DNA of 64,000 bases from an uncultured Pelagibacteraceae bacterium (GTDB lineage: Bacteria; Pseudomonadota; Alphaproteobacteria; Pelagibacterales; Pelagibacteraceae): positions 11,196-75,195 of the forward strand of contig CABXTC010000001.1 in NCBI GenBank assembly GCA_902515095.1. The letters are read 5' to 3'. The notes under the pieces are model-generated. The model had not been told where the DNA came from. It made no database searches and saw nothing but the letters and a program-made list of their open reading frames with translations. The position numbers were made by a program, and so were the translations under genes. Shown here piece by piece: positions 21,633 through 31,568 of this stretch. The number at the start of each line of letters is the position of its first letter. The stretch's first letter is position 1.

Positions 21633-23411
21633 ATGATTGAATTTTTGAAAAAAAATATATTCATAATAATTTTATCTAGTATTACACTATTTTTAGGTTT
21701 TTTAACTTTTTTAACATTTATTGATAGAAGTTTCATAGAATTAAATCAAAATAATTTACAATATTTATTAATCTTAAATATTTTATTACTTATATTATTA
21801 TTTATATTCATTTTTTTAGAAGTAAAAAGATCAATTAGGACTGACATCGATAAAGATGGTCTTAAATCAAACAAAAGATATATTACATATTTTTCACTTT
21901 TTACTTTAATTCCATCTATTTTAATTTCAATTTTTTCACTTTTTTTATTTTCATTTGCTTTAGAAAAATATTTTGACAAGAAAGTTACAACAGTTGTTAA
22001 TAACTCTTATGAACTTGCGAAAAGTTATATTCAACAAGTAAGAAATAAAATTGAGGCTGATATTGTACTGATTGCTTTTGATACAAATAAAAGTGCCAAA
22101 TTTCTTAATGATAATAAAAAGGAATATAAAAAGTTTTTAAAAACTCAAAAATTAATACGAGATATTGATCAAATACATATAATTGATCAAAATAAAAGAT
22201 TATTATTCACTAATGTTGATGATCCATCAAACTATATTCCTCCACTAGAAGGTGCTTTAAAATTAGTCTTAGATGATGATAGACCACTTAAAATAATTAA
22301 TGCACCAGAAAACATATCTGCAGCTATAATCAGACTCCAAGCTTTTGAAAATAGATTTTTATATGTAGTAAAATATCTTGATAAAAATATTTCTCAATAT
22401 CTAACTGAGTCTCAGGAAGCAATTAATTTTTATTACACTGTAGAAGATAGAAGCACTGGTATTAAGATATCTTTTGCAATTATATATATTATCATAGTTA
22501 CTTTATTGTTATTTATTTCTATAACAATTGCTATCAAATTTTCTTCAAGATTTTTTAGATCTATTAATAATTTGATTTATGCATCTACAGCTATTGGTGA
22601 TGGTGATTTAACAACTAAAGTTCCTGAAATTAAAACTGATAAAGATTTAGAAATATTGAATAAAAATTTTAACTCAATGATTGTCAGATTAAAAAATCAG
22701 CAAGAAAAATTAATTATTAATGAAAGACATGAAGCTTGGGGTAATCTTGCAAGAAAACTTGCTCACGAAATCAAAAATCCACTTACACCTATTCAATTAA
22801 CTATTGATAGAATTAAAGAAAAATATACCAAACAAATAGATGTTAACGAAAAAGATAATTTTGAGGAAAATTTAAAAATTATTAACAATCAAATTAAACA
22901 AATTGGTAATTTGGTAAACGAATTTTCAGATTTCGCAAGGATGCCTAAACCAATTCTAAAAAATAATGATTTAATTAAGATTATTGATGATAATATTAGA
23001 TTGTTATCTCAAATCGATTCATCAATAAAAATAAATTTAATATCCGAAAAACCTTCAATTTTACTTGAAAGTGATAAAGAACAAATGAATAGGGTTATTT
23101 TTAATCTGATCAAAAATTCTATTGAAAGTATTCAACAAAAAGCTGAAAATGTAAGCAATTTTGAGAAGATTATTGATATTGAAATTTTTCAAAAGAATAA
23201 CCAAATATACATTATAATTATAGACAATGGATCAGGATTTGGCTCTTTTTCAAATAATCTAAATGAAATTTTAAACCCTTATGTTACAACAAAAAAAAAT
23301 GGGACAGGATTAGGACTCTCAATAGTCAACAAAATTATTAATGATCATAATGGAAAATTAAATTTTGTTGCTATACCTTATGGAGCCAAAGTAGAAATTA
23401 TATTTAACTAA
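21633..23411 (+). CDS. ntrY: Sensor histidine kinase NtrY
   Basis: TM region, HAMP, ARKLAHEIKNPLTPIQL H-box, NLIKNS, DNGSG, GTGLGL. Confidence 0.93.
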   Translation: MIEFLKKNIFIIILSSITLFLGFLTFLTFIDRSFIELNQNNLQYLLILNILLLILLFIFIFLEVKRSIRTDIDKDGLKSNKRYITYFSLFTLIPSILISIFSLFLFSFALEKYFDKKVTTVVNNSYELAKSYIQQVRNKIEADIVLIAFDTNKSAKFLNDNKKEYKKFLKTQKLIRDIDQIHIIDQNKRLLFTNVDDPSNYIPPLEGALKLVLDDDRPLKIINAPENISAAIIRLQAFENRFLYVVKYLDKNISQYLTESQEAINFYYTVEDRSTGIKISFAIIYIIIVTLLLFISITIAIKFSSRFFRSINNLIYASTAIGDGDLTTKVPEIKTDKDLEILNKNFNSMIVRLKNQQEKLIINERHEAWGNLARKLAHEIKNPLTPIQLTIDRIKEKYTKQIDVNEKDNFEENLKIINNQIKQIGNLVNEFSDFARMPKPILKNNDLIKIIDDNIRLLSQIDSSIKINLISEKPSILLESDKEQMNRVIFNLIKNSIESIQQKAENVSNFEKIIDIEIFQKNNQIYIIIIDNGSGFGSFSNNLNEILNPYVTTKKNGTGLGLSIVNKIINDHNGKLNFVAIPYGAKVEIIFN

Positions 23412-24766
23412 TGAGTGTAGAAATTTTAATTGTTGATGATAATTCAGATATTAGAAATATTCTGAATGATTTAATAATGGATGCTGGCTATAAAACTAGA
23501 GTAGCTGCAAATTATAATCAAGCCCTTAGTGAAATAGACAAAAAAATGCCAGATGTTGCTATCTTAGATGTAAAATTAGATAAAGGAGATAATGACGGGA
23601 TTCAACTTTTAACTCATATAAAATCTAAAAATTATGATGTTCCAGTAATAATGATTTCGGGACACGCAAACATAGAGATGGCAATTAATTCTTTAAAACA
23701 TGGTGCATTTGAATTTGTTGAAAAACCTTTTGATCGTACAAGGTTATTAAATTTTATAAATAGAGCTGTGGAAAATTTAAATCTTAAAAATCAAAATAAA
23801 GAATATGAGAATAAACTTTTTTCATCATATGATTTAATTGGGGAGAGTAAAAATATATCAAATATAAGAGATCAAATAGATAAAATTTCAATTACAGAGA
23901 GCCGAATTTTTATAAATGGTCCTTCGGGTTCAGGTAAAGAATTAATTGCAAGAAAAATTCATAAAAAATCTAAGAGAAAGAATAATCCATTTATAATAAT
24001 TAATGGAGCGTTGTTAGATAATAATAAATATGAATTAGAGTTATTTGGTGAGGAAAAAAATGATGGTTCAATATCTTATGGAGCATTAGAAAAAGCAAAT
24101 AAGGGAACTTTATTAGTAGATCAAGTATCTGAGATTCCTTTAGATATTCAATCAAAAATTTTAAGAGTACTCACTGATCAAAAATTTAAAAGAGTTAATG
24201 GAAATAATGATATCAATGTTGATGTAAGATTGATTTGTTCGTCAAGTAAGGATTTAAAAAAAGAAATTGAATATGGAAATTTTAGGGAAGATTTATTTCA
24301 TAGATTAAATGTTTTTGAAATTATTATAAAACCATTAAACAAGAGAATTTCAGATATCCCACTTTTAATAAATTATTTTTCCAAACAAATATCTAAGAGT
24401 TATAATATTAAGATGTTAGATATTGATGAAAATAATAGCTATGTGTTAAACCATGAGTGGCATGGAAATGTAAGAGAATTAAGAAATTTAATAGAAAGAA
24501 TTGCAATATTACAACCAAATACTCAAGATAAAATTTCGAACATAATTAAGGAATCCTTGAAAAATAATGACAATAATGGAAAAGTTAACGAAAATAACCT
24601 ATCTGTGCCATTAAAAGAGGCTAGAGAAAAGTTTGAAAAGGAGTATTTAACTATTCAACTGAAGAAATTTAATGGAAATATATCTAAAACGGCTACTTTT
24701 GTTGGAATGGAGAGAAGCGCTCTTCACAGGAAGCTTAAAGGTCTTGGGATAAAAGAATTTAATTAA
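23411..24766 (+). CDS. ntrX: Response regulator NtrX (receiver-AAA+-HTH)
   Basis: ILIVDD receiver, GPSGSGKE Walker A, FREDLFHRLNV, WHGNVREL, MERSALHRKL. Confidence 0.95.
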   Translation: MSVEILIVDDNSDIRNILNDLIMDAGYKTRVAANYNQALSEIDKKMPDVAILDVKLDKGDNDGIQLLTHIKSKNYDVPVIMISGHANIEMAINSLKHGAFEFVEKPFDRTRLLNFINRAVENLNLKNQNKEYENKLFSSYDLIGESKNISNIRDQIDKISITESRIFINGPSGSGKELIARKIHKKSKRKNNPFIIINGALLDNNKYELELFGEEKNDGSISYGALEKANKGTLLVDQVSEIPLDIQSKILRVLTDQKFKRVNGNNDINVDVRLICSSSKDLKKEIEYGNFREDLFHRLNVFEIIIKPLNKRISDIPLLINYFSKQISKSYNIKMLDIDENNSYVLNHEWHGNVRELRNLIERIAILQPNTQDKISNIIKESLKNNDNNGKVNENNLSVPLKEAREKFEKEYLTIQLKKFNGNISKTATFVGMERSALHRKLKGLGIKEFN

Positions 24767-24767
24767 T

Positions 24768-26159
24768 ATGAATATTATAATTTGTGGGGCTGGAAGGGTA
24801 GGTTTTACGATTGCTAAATTGTTAAGTGAGCAGGGTCATTCTATTACCGTAATTGATCAATCAAGTGATGATATACAAAAAATTAACGAAACTTTAGATG
24901 TTAAAGCAATAGTTGGTAAAGCAACCTATCCATCAATTCTTGAAAAAGCTAATGCCACTGAAACAGACATGATTATTGCCGTCACAAGGAATGATGAAAT
25001 TAACATGTTAATTTGTCAAATTGCGTTCTCAATATTCAATATCCAAAAAAAAATTGCTAGAATCAGATCTCAAGATTACCTTAATCCTAAATTTACAAGA
25101 GTTTATAATAAAGAAAATTTACCAATTGACGTAATAATTTCACCAGAAATTGAAATTGCTAAATCTATCCAAAGAAAATTAGAAGCTCCAGGTGCTCTTG
25201 ACAGTGTACCTTTTGCAGGCAATCAAATTAGATTATTAGAAATACTAATTCAAAATAATTGCAAACTTATAGGCTTAAAGTTAAATGAATTGACTAAAAA
25301 ATTTCCAAATTTAGATGCAAATATTATTGCTATAATTAGAGGTGAAAAATCTTTTATCCCAAAAAAAAATGATGCTATTGAAGAAAATGATAAAATTTAT
25401 GTAATTATTAACTCTTCTCAGATGCCAGAAACTCTTGAAGCTTTCGGACATACAGAAAAAATATCAAAAAAAGTTTTGATTATTGGAGGGGGAAATATTG
25501 GTTATAATCTTGCAAAAAACATTGAGGAAACTCTTGAAGGCGTACGAGTAAAAATTGTGGAAAAACAAAAATCACGTGCAGAATATTTAGCAAATGAATT
25601 AAATAATTCAATTGTTATTAATGGTGACGGATTAGACGAAGAGGTTTTATCAGAAGCAAATTTGGATGAGGCTGAGACTGTGCTTGCATTAACTAACGAT
25701 GATGAAGACAACTTGATGGTCAGTGTCCTTGTTGAAAAATTTGTTAAAGACCAAAAGAATATTGAAAACAAAAGAACAATGGCCTTAATTAACAAACCAA
25801 ATTATTCATTATTACAGTCTTCTCTTAAGATTGATGATTTAATTGATCCCAGAATGAACACAGTATCAAGTATTTTAAAACATGTTCACAAAGGAACTAT
25901 CGAGAACGCATACACAATATCCAATGGAGAATATGAAGTTATTGAAGCAGAAATTATTGAGACATCTGAATTAATTAATAAAGAATTAAAAAATGCGGAT
26001 CTACCAGATCAAATAAGAATTGGAGCTGTATTAAGAGACAAAAAAGTAATAATTCCTAAATCAGACTTTAAATTTCAAAATGATGATCAAGTGGTTTTAA
26101 TTGTTAAAAAAGATACTATACCGGTTGTTGAAAATCTTTTCAGATTAAGCTCTGTCTAA
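24768..26159 (+). CDS. trkA: Trk potassium uptake regulatory subunit TrkA
   Basis: Two RCK domains with GAGRVG and GGGNIG motifs. Confidence 0.96.
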   Translation: MNIIICGAGRVGFTIAKLLSEQGHSITVIDQSSDDIQKINETLDVKAIVGKATYPSILEKANATETDMIIAVTRNDEINMLICQIAFSIFNIQKKIARIRSQDYLNPKFTRVYNKENLPIDVIISPEIEIAKSIQRKLEAPGALDSVPFAGNQIRLLEILIQNNCKLIGLKLNELTKKFPNLDANIIAIIRGEKSFIPKKNDAIEENDKIYVIINSSQMPETLEAFGHTEKISKKVLIIGGGNIGYNLAKNIEETLEGVRVKIVEKQKSRAEYLANELNNSIVINGDGLDEEVLSEANLDEAETVLALTNDDEDNLMVSVLVEKFVKDQKNIENKRTMALINKPNYSLLQSSLKIDDLIDPRMNTVSSILKHVHKGTIENAYTISNGEYEVIEAEIIETSELINKELKNADLPDQIRIGAVLRDKKVIIPKSDFKFQNDDQVVLIVKKDTIPVVENLFRLSSV

Positions 26160-26163
26160 TTTA

Positions 26164-27570
26164 ATGTTTGGATTACAAATTAAATATTTAAGTTTTTTTT
26201 TTGGTATTTCTTCTGTATTATCTTTTTTTAATATAATTTATTCATATTACTTCAATCTTTATCTTAATTTAGATACATATTATTATACACTACTATCTTC
26301 GTTTTTAATTTTTTTGATCTTTTACAAGTTTGGAATTGAGAATAAAAAACCAAATATTTTTGAAAAAATATTAACTATTTTTTTGGGTTATTTATTAATC
26401 CCCTTAATATTATCTATCCCGTTTTATTTAAGTATATATAATCTTACATTCCTAAATTCATATTTTGAGTCAATTTCTGGTTTTACATCAACAGGTTTCA
26501 CTATTTTTGAAAACATAAAACTTATAGATGAAAGTTTAATATTATGGAGATCCTCGATTCAATGGATAGGTGGTCTATACTTTCTTTTTTCAATAATTTA
26601 TCTGATCGATATATATGATGAAAGTTTTAAAAAGACTTTGACCAATTTTACAACTTTAAGCAGTTCAGAGAGCTTAAAACAAGCGACAAAAATTTTTATT
26701 TTGTATTCTTCCTTAACAATATTTATTTTTATAGTATTAAAATTTTTTTCAATAAGGACATTTGACTCCTTTAATCTTGCTTTAACAATAATTTCATCTG
26801 GTGGTTTTTTACCTGTTAACGATTTATCAAATATTATTAGAGATAATTATCAGATAATAATTGTGTCTATATTAATGCTTTTATCCTTTTTTAGTTTATT
26901 TTTTATATACAATTTATTTTTTTCAAAAAAAAATGATTTAAATTTTTTTTATGAAGATCTACATTTAGTAATATATTTAATAACAGTAATATCTATTTTT
27001 TTTCTTTTTTTTAGTTTTAATTATAATTTTTCAAATAATCTTTTAGCTATAACGACCAGTATATCAAATATTGGTTTTTCTCTTAATACCCAACAATCAA
27101 ATTTAAATTTTGTTTATTTAATTTTAGTAATTATAGGTGGATCTTTTTTTTCAACAAGCTCAGGTTTAAGATTTATAAAAATTTACTCACTCTTAAAATT
27201 TTCTTTGAATCAAATCTTATCATTTAGTAGACCAAAAAATGTATTTATGAACAAACTTATTTTTACAAAGATTAATTTTAATCTTAATGAAATAAATAAA
27301 TATTTTTTAACAATTATAATTTTTATCTTGTCATTATTCACTTTAGTATCATTATTGAGTTTAAGTGGTGTCGATTTTATCAGCTCATTTAAATTATCTA
27401 TTTTAACTTTGATGAATACTGTTAATTCTTCAATTTATGGTTTAGAAAATTTTAATTTTAATAATCTTGAATTTTTTACAAAATCTTGTCTAATTTTCTT
27501 TATGATTATTGGTAGAATAGAGTTATTAACAATTTTGCTTCTTCTAAAAAAATTCCTTTTTAAAAATTAG
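26164..27570 (+). CDS. trkH: TrkH-family K+ transporter membrane subunit (divergent)
   Basis: FESISGFTSTG, WRSSIQWIGG, SSGGF, IIGGS, MIIGRIE; follows trkA. Confidence 0.85.
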   Translation: MFGLQIKYLSFFFGISSVLSFFNIIYSYYFNLYLNLDTYYYTLLSSFLIFLIFYKFGIENKKPNIFEKILTIFLGYLLIPLILSIPFYLSIYNLTFLNSYFESISGFTSTGFTIFENIKLIDESLILWRSSIQWIGGLYFLFSIIYLIDIYDESFKKTLTNFTTLSSSESLKQATKIFILYSSLTIFIFIVLKFFSIRTFDSFNLALTIISSGGFLPVNDLSNIIRDNYQIIIVSILMLLSFFSLFFIYNLFFSKKNDLNFFYEDLHLVIYLITVISIFFLFFSFNYNFSNNLLAITTSISNIGFSLNTQQSNLNFVYLILVIIGGSFFSTSSGLRFIKIYSLLKFSLNQILSFSRPKNVFMNKLIFTKINFNLNEINKYFLTIIIFILSLFTLVSLLSLSGVDFISSFKLSILTLMNTVNSSIYGLENFNFNNLEFFTKSCLIFFMIIGRIELLTILLLLKKFLFKN

Positions 27571-27603
27571 ATATTTATTGTATATGTTATGTGTAAATTA
27601 GCT

Positions 27604-27680
27604 GCGCCCTTAGCTCAGCTGGATAGAGCATCGGTTTTCTAAACCGAGGGTCGGAGGTTCGAATCCTCCAGGGCGCGCCA
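27604..27680 (+). tRNA. tRNA-Arg (TCT)
   Basis: GCGCCCT/AGGGCGC acceptor stem, anticodon arm TCGGT-TTTCTAA-ACCGA, GGTTCGAATCC, encoded CCA. Confidence 0.97.
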
Positions 27681-27755
27681 TAAATCTGTTTTTATTGTTA
27701 TTTTAGATGAGATTATTAGCTTGACTAGAATTTCTCTAAGTCAAAAAACCCAATA

Positions 27756-27778
27756 AATTCTTCTTGAAGAGTTTTTTT
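27756..27778 (+). terminator. Possible weak intrinsic terminator downstream of tRNA-Arg
   Basis: AATTCTT-CTTG-AAGAGTT stem (one G-U pair) followed by a T run; AT-rich and weak. Confidence 0.35.
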
Positions 27779-27855
27779 GAACATGCTTAAATTATGAATA
27801 TTCAAAAATAATTTTGAATTATTTGTTAACAAATAAATAAACAATAGGAAGAAAT

Positions 27856-28896
27856 ATGTTTAAATACTTAAAACAATTAACTTCTTTAGTTGCTATGGTA
27901 GCTGTGTTGTTCACTTTTACAACAGAGTCTATGGCTGCTAAAAAATCTAAAACACTTAAAAACACTCAAAAGAAGGGTTTTGTAAGATGTGGAGTATCTC
28001 AAGGTCTTCCAGGATTTTCTAATGCTGACGCTGCAGGAAATTGGACTGGTGTTGACGTTGATGTATGTAGAGCGGTAGCTGCTGCAGTATTAGGTGACGC
28101 AAACAAAGTTAAGTTTACACCACTAAGTGCTAAAGAAAGATTTACAGCTTTAACTTCTGGTGAGATTGATATCTTATCAAGAAACACAACTTGGACTCTT
28201 TCTAGAGATGCTGATATCGGACTTACTTTCGTAGGTGTGAACTTTTACGATGGACAAGGTTTCATGGTAAGAAAAAGTTCAGGTATTACTTCAACTAGTC
28301 AATTCAAAAATGGTATCTCAGCTTGTACTAACATTGGTACAACAACTGAGTTAAACATGAGAGACTTCTTTAATTCAAGAGGAATTTCTTATGAGCCAGT
28401 TGCTTTTGAAAAAGCTGATGAAGTTGTAGCTGCTTATGATGCCGGAAGATGTGATACTTATACTACTGATAAATCTGGTTTAGCTGCTCAAAGAACTAAA
28501 ATGAAAAACCCTGATGAACACATTGTTCTACCAGAAACTATTTCTAAAGAACCTTTAGGACCAGTTGTTAGACAAGGTGATGCAGTATGGGAAGATATCG
28601 TTAGATGGTCTTTGAACACTATGATCGAAGCAGAAGAATACGGTATTACTTCGGCTAATGCAGACTCAATGAAAACTTCAGATAATCCACAAATCAAAAG
28701 ACTTGTTGGTGCTGAGGGTGAAATGGGTGCAGCATTTGGTTTAGATAATGAGTGGAACTTAAGAATTATCAAACAAGTTGGAAACTATGGTGAAAGTTAT
28801 AAAAGAAATATAGCTGACACTGGTATTTTACCAGACAGAGGTCCAAATGAATTATGGACTAAAGGTGGTATTTTATACGTTCCGCCATCAAGATAA
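27856..28896 (+). CDS. aapJ: General L-amino acid ABC transporter substrate-binding protein (AapJ/BztA/YhdW)
   Basis: Signal peptide, GVDVDVCRAVAAA, RNTTWT, ISKEPLGP, GNYGE; optimal-codon bias (TTC/AAC/ATC/GGT). Confidence 0.96.
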   Translation: MFKYLKQLTSLVAMVAVLFTFTTESMAAKKSKTLKNTQKKGFVRCGVSQGLPGFSNADAAGNWTGVDVDVCRAVAAAVLGDANKVKFTPLSAKERFTALTSGEIDILSRNTTWTLSRDADIGLTFVGVNFYDGQGFMVRKSSGITSTSQFKNGISACTNIGTTTELNMRDFFNSRGISYEPVAFEKADEVVAAYDAGRCDTYTTDKSGLAAQRTKMKNPDEHIVLPETISKEPLGPVVRQGDAVWEDIVRWSLNTMIEAEEYGITSANADSMKTSDNPQIKRLVGAEGEMGAAFGLDNEWNLRIIKQVGNYGESYKRNIADTGILPDRGPNELWTKGGILYVPPSR

Positions 28897-28915
28897 TTTA
28901 AGTTATAAATTACTT

Positions 28916-28949
28916 AAAAAGGGCTAGATTTTTCTAGCCCTTTTTTTTT
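28916..28949 (+). terminator. Intrinsic terminator between aapJ and aapQ
   Basis: AAAAA-GGGCTAGA-TTTT-TCTAGCCC-TTTTTTTTT: 8-bp stem plus a long T run. Confidence 0.9.
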
Positions 28950-28971
28950 AAACTCATATATTATTCAAACT

Positions 28972-30123
28972 GTGAATTTTAAACTTAAAGATATAGGTCC
29001 ACAATTAATGACAGTTATAGCTGTCGTTCTTGTCTTTGGTTTTTTTACTTATAATGCTCAAGTCAATATGGAAAATAGAGGTATTGATTTTGGTTTTGGA
29101 TTTTTATCACAAGAATCTTCATTTGATGTTCAGTTTTCTCTAATAGAGTATGATGGATCCCATTCATATTTTAGAGCATATTTAGTAGGTCTACTAAACA
29201 CTATACTGGTTTCAGTAATAGGAATTATCTTTGCTACAATACTTGGAGTAATTGTTGGTATAGCAAGATTATCTCCAAACTATTTAATCAACAAGTTTGC
29301 AGCTTTTTACGTTGAATTTTTTAGAAATATTCCGCTATTATTACAAATATTTTTTTGGTATTTTGCAGCTTTAAGAGCATTACCACTTCCACAAGATGCT
29401 GAGGCAATGTTTGGAATTTCATTTTTAACAATAAAAGGTTTGTATGTCCCTGCTTTTATTTGGCAAAATTTTGATATTTTCTTTTATTCATTAGTTGCTG
29501 CTATTATTTCAATAATAGTAATTCGAATTCGTGCGAAAAAATTACAAGAAACACAGGGTAAACAAACACCAGTTTTATTAATTTCAATAGGTTTAATTTT
29601 TATTTTACCTCTTTTAAGTTTTTTATTCGGAGGTGTAAGACTATCATTTGAAGTTCCTGTTTTAAAACAACTAGCAACAACATCATTTATTTATGAAGGT
29701 GGTGTAAGTTTGCCACCTGAATTAATTGCTTTAGCTTTATCTTTATCTTTATATACTGCAACTTTTATAGCAGAATGTGTAAGAGCAGGAATTCAAGGTG
29801 TTGGTAAAGGCCAAAAAGAAGCCGCTGCATCAATTGGATTAACACCCAATCAAGTTTTAAAGCTAGTAGTAATGCCACAGGCTCTCAGAATAATAATTCC
29901 ACCTACAACGAACCAATATTTAAATCTTACCAAAAATTCTTCGCTAGCTGCAGCAATAGCTTATCCTGACCTAGTACTAGTTTTTGCAGGAACTGCATTA
30001 ATGCAAACGGGTAAAGCAATTGAAATAGTATCTATTACAATGTTTACTTATTTATCATTAAGTATCTCAATTTCATTATTTATGAATTGGTACAATAACA
30101 AAATAGCAATACAGGAAAAGTAG
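28972..30123 (+). CDS. aapQ: Amino acid ABC transporter permease AapQ
   Basis: GLLNT, FRNIPLLLQ, AECVRAGI (EAA loop), QYLNLTKNSSL; GTG start. Confidence 0.95.
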   Translation: MNFKLKDIGPQLMTVIAVVLVFGFFTYNAQVNMENRGIDFGFGFLSQESSFDVQFSLIEYDGSHSYFRAYLVGLLNTILVSVIGIIFATILGVIVGIARLSPNYLINKFAAFYVEFFRNIPLLLQIFFWYFAALRALPLPQDAEAMFGISFLTIKGLYVPAFIWQNFDIFFYSLVAAIISIIVIRIRAKKLQETQGKQTPVLLISIGLIFILPLLSFLFGGVRLSFEVPVLKQLATTSFIYEGGVSLPPELIALALSLSLYTATFIAECVRAGIQGVGKGQKEAAASIGLTPNQVLKLVVMPQALRIIIPPTTNQYLNLTKNSSLAAAIAYPDLVLVFAGTALMQTGKAIEIVSITMFTYLSLSISISLFMNWYNNKIAIQEK

Positions 30124-31565
30124 TGTCTAAAATTAATTTTTTAAAGCCCGACAAGTCTAATCTTTACACTTTCCTATATTTGGGTTCTTTTTTGTTTTTT
30201 GTTAGTGTTTTAGATGTTCTTTTAAACTCATTTTTTAGTTTAAATCTAACAGGTTTTTTGCCTTCTTTTTTGAGTTTTTTATTGCCACTTATTTTAGGTT
30301 TTATTGGTCTTTTTTTTATAAGAATTGAATTAAGTGGGAATAAGCATTTAGATCTTTTAAACAAAAATATTAATACTAATAATTTTAATGCTGTTTTGTC
30401 ATTATTAATTATATTTATAATTATAAAATCAATTCCACCTATATTAAGTTGGTTTTATGTTGATGCTAGTTTTGCAGGAGACTCAAAAGACGTTTGTACA
30501 GGTTCAGGCGCTTGTTGGACGTATATTAAAGTTTGGATAAGAAGATTTATGTATGGAATGTATCCAAACGGAGAACAATGGAGAATAAATTTATCTTTTA
30601 TAGCTTTGGCCTTACTTGGTTCAGTTGGATTTTTTGCTACTGATAGATTTAAGAAATATTTAACACTTTATTATGTTGTAATTTACCCATTCATAGCCTT
30701 CTTGTTCATATTTTTCTTTATTTCTGGTGGCCCAGTATTCTTTGATTTTTCATATGGAATTATCGCTGCAATTCTATCTATCATAATTGGTTTTTTCATT
30801 CCAAGTAAGTTCAAGTTCTATTATTTTTTAATTGTTCCTTTTGCTCTTTATGTTTTATTGAAATATTTCATATTTTATGAAGAATTAATTGAATTAGGTA
30901 AATTAGATGGATTGAATTGGGTTGAAACAGGTGCTTGGGGTGGTTTGTCATTAACTTTTATAATTTCATTCTTCTGCTTAATTTTTTGTTTTCCGATAGG
31001 TATGGCTTTCGCTCTAGGAAGAAGATCAGAATTTCCATTAATAAGATATATATCAGTAGGTTTTATTGAATTTTGGAGGGGTGTTCCTTTAATTACAGTA
31101 TTATTTATGTCTGCTGTAATGTTTCCAATGTTTCTACCAGCAGATTTTTTTATAGATAAATTGGTAAGATGTATAATTGCTATTTCGTTATTTGAGGCAG
31201 CATATGTTGCGGAAGTTATTAGAGGAGGGCTGCAAGCACTTCCTAGAGGTCAGTATGAAGCCGCAAAATCATTAGGTATGGGTTATTGGAGAATGCATAT
31301 ATTTGTAATTTTACCTCAAGCTTTAAAATTAGTTATACCTGGTATAGCCAATACATTTTTAGCTTTAGTTAAAGATACACCGTTAATTTTTGTAGTTGGT
31401 CTCTTAGAAATAGTAGGAATGTTGAATTTAGCCAAAACTAATCCTGAGTGGTTAGGATTTGCAATGGAAGGCTATGTATTTGCAGCAATAATTTTCTGGA
31501 TTATTTGTTATGCAATGAGTAAATATAGTTATAATTTAGAACAAAAATATAAAACAGATCGATAA
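30123..31565 (+). CDS. aapM: Amino acid ABC transporter permease AapM (extended, 480 aa)
   Basis: GACW, WGGL, RGVPLIT, AEVIRGGLQ, KDTPL. Confidence 0.94.
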   Translation: MSKINFLKPDKSNLYTFLYLGSFLFFVSVLDVLLNSFFSLNLTGFLPSFLSFLLPLILGFIGLFFIRIELSGNKHLDLLNKNINTNNFNAVLSLLIIFIIIKSIPPILSWFYVDASFAGDSKDVCTGSGACWTYIKVWIRRFMYGMYPNGEQWRINLSFIALALLGSVGFFATDRFKKYLTLYYVVIYPFIAFLFIFFFISGGPVFFDFSYGIIAAILSIIIGFFIPSKFKFYYFLIVPFALYVLLKYFIFYEELIELGKLDGLNWVETGAWGGLSLTFIISFFCLIFCFPIGMAFALGRRSEFPLIRYISVGFIEFWRGVPLITVLFMSAVMFPMFLPADFFIDKLVRCIIAISLFEAAYVAEVIRGGLQALPRGQYEAAKSLGMGYWRMHIFVILPQALKLVIPGIANTFLALVKDTPLIFVVGLLEIVGMLNLAKTNPEWLGFAMEGYVFAAIIFWIICYAMSKYSYNLEQKYKTDR

Positions 31566-31568
31566 AAT

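Noticed and set aside
23411-24766. NtrX lacks the GAFTGA sigma-54 contact motif
   Set aside because: Known, general property of NtrX proteins.
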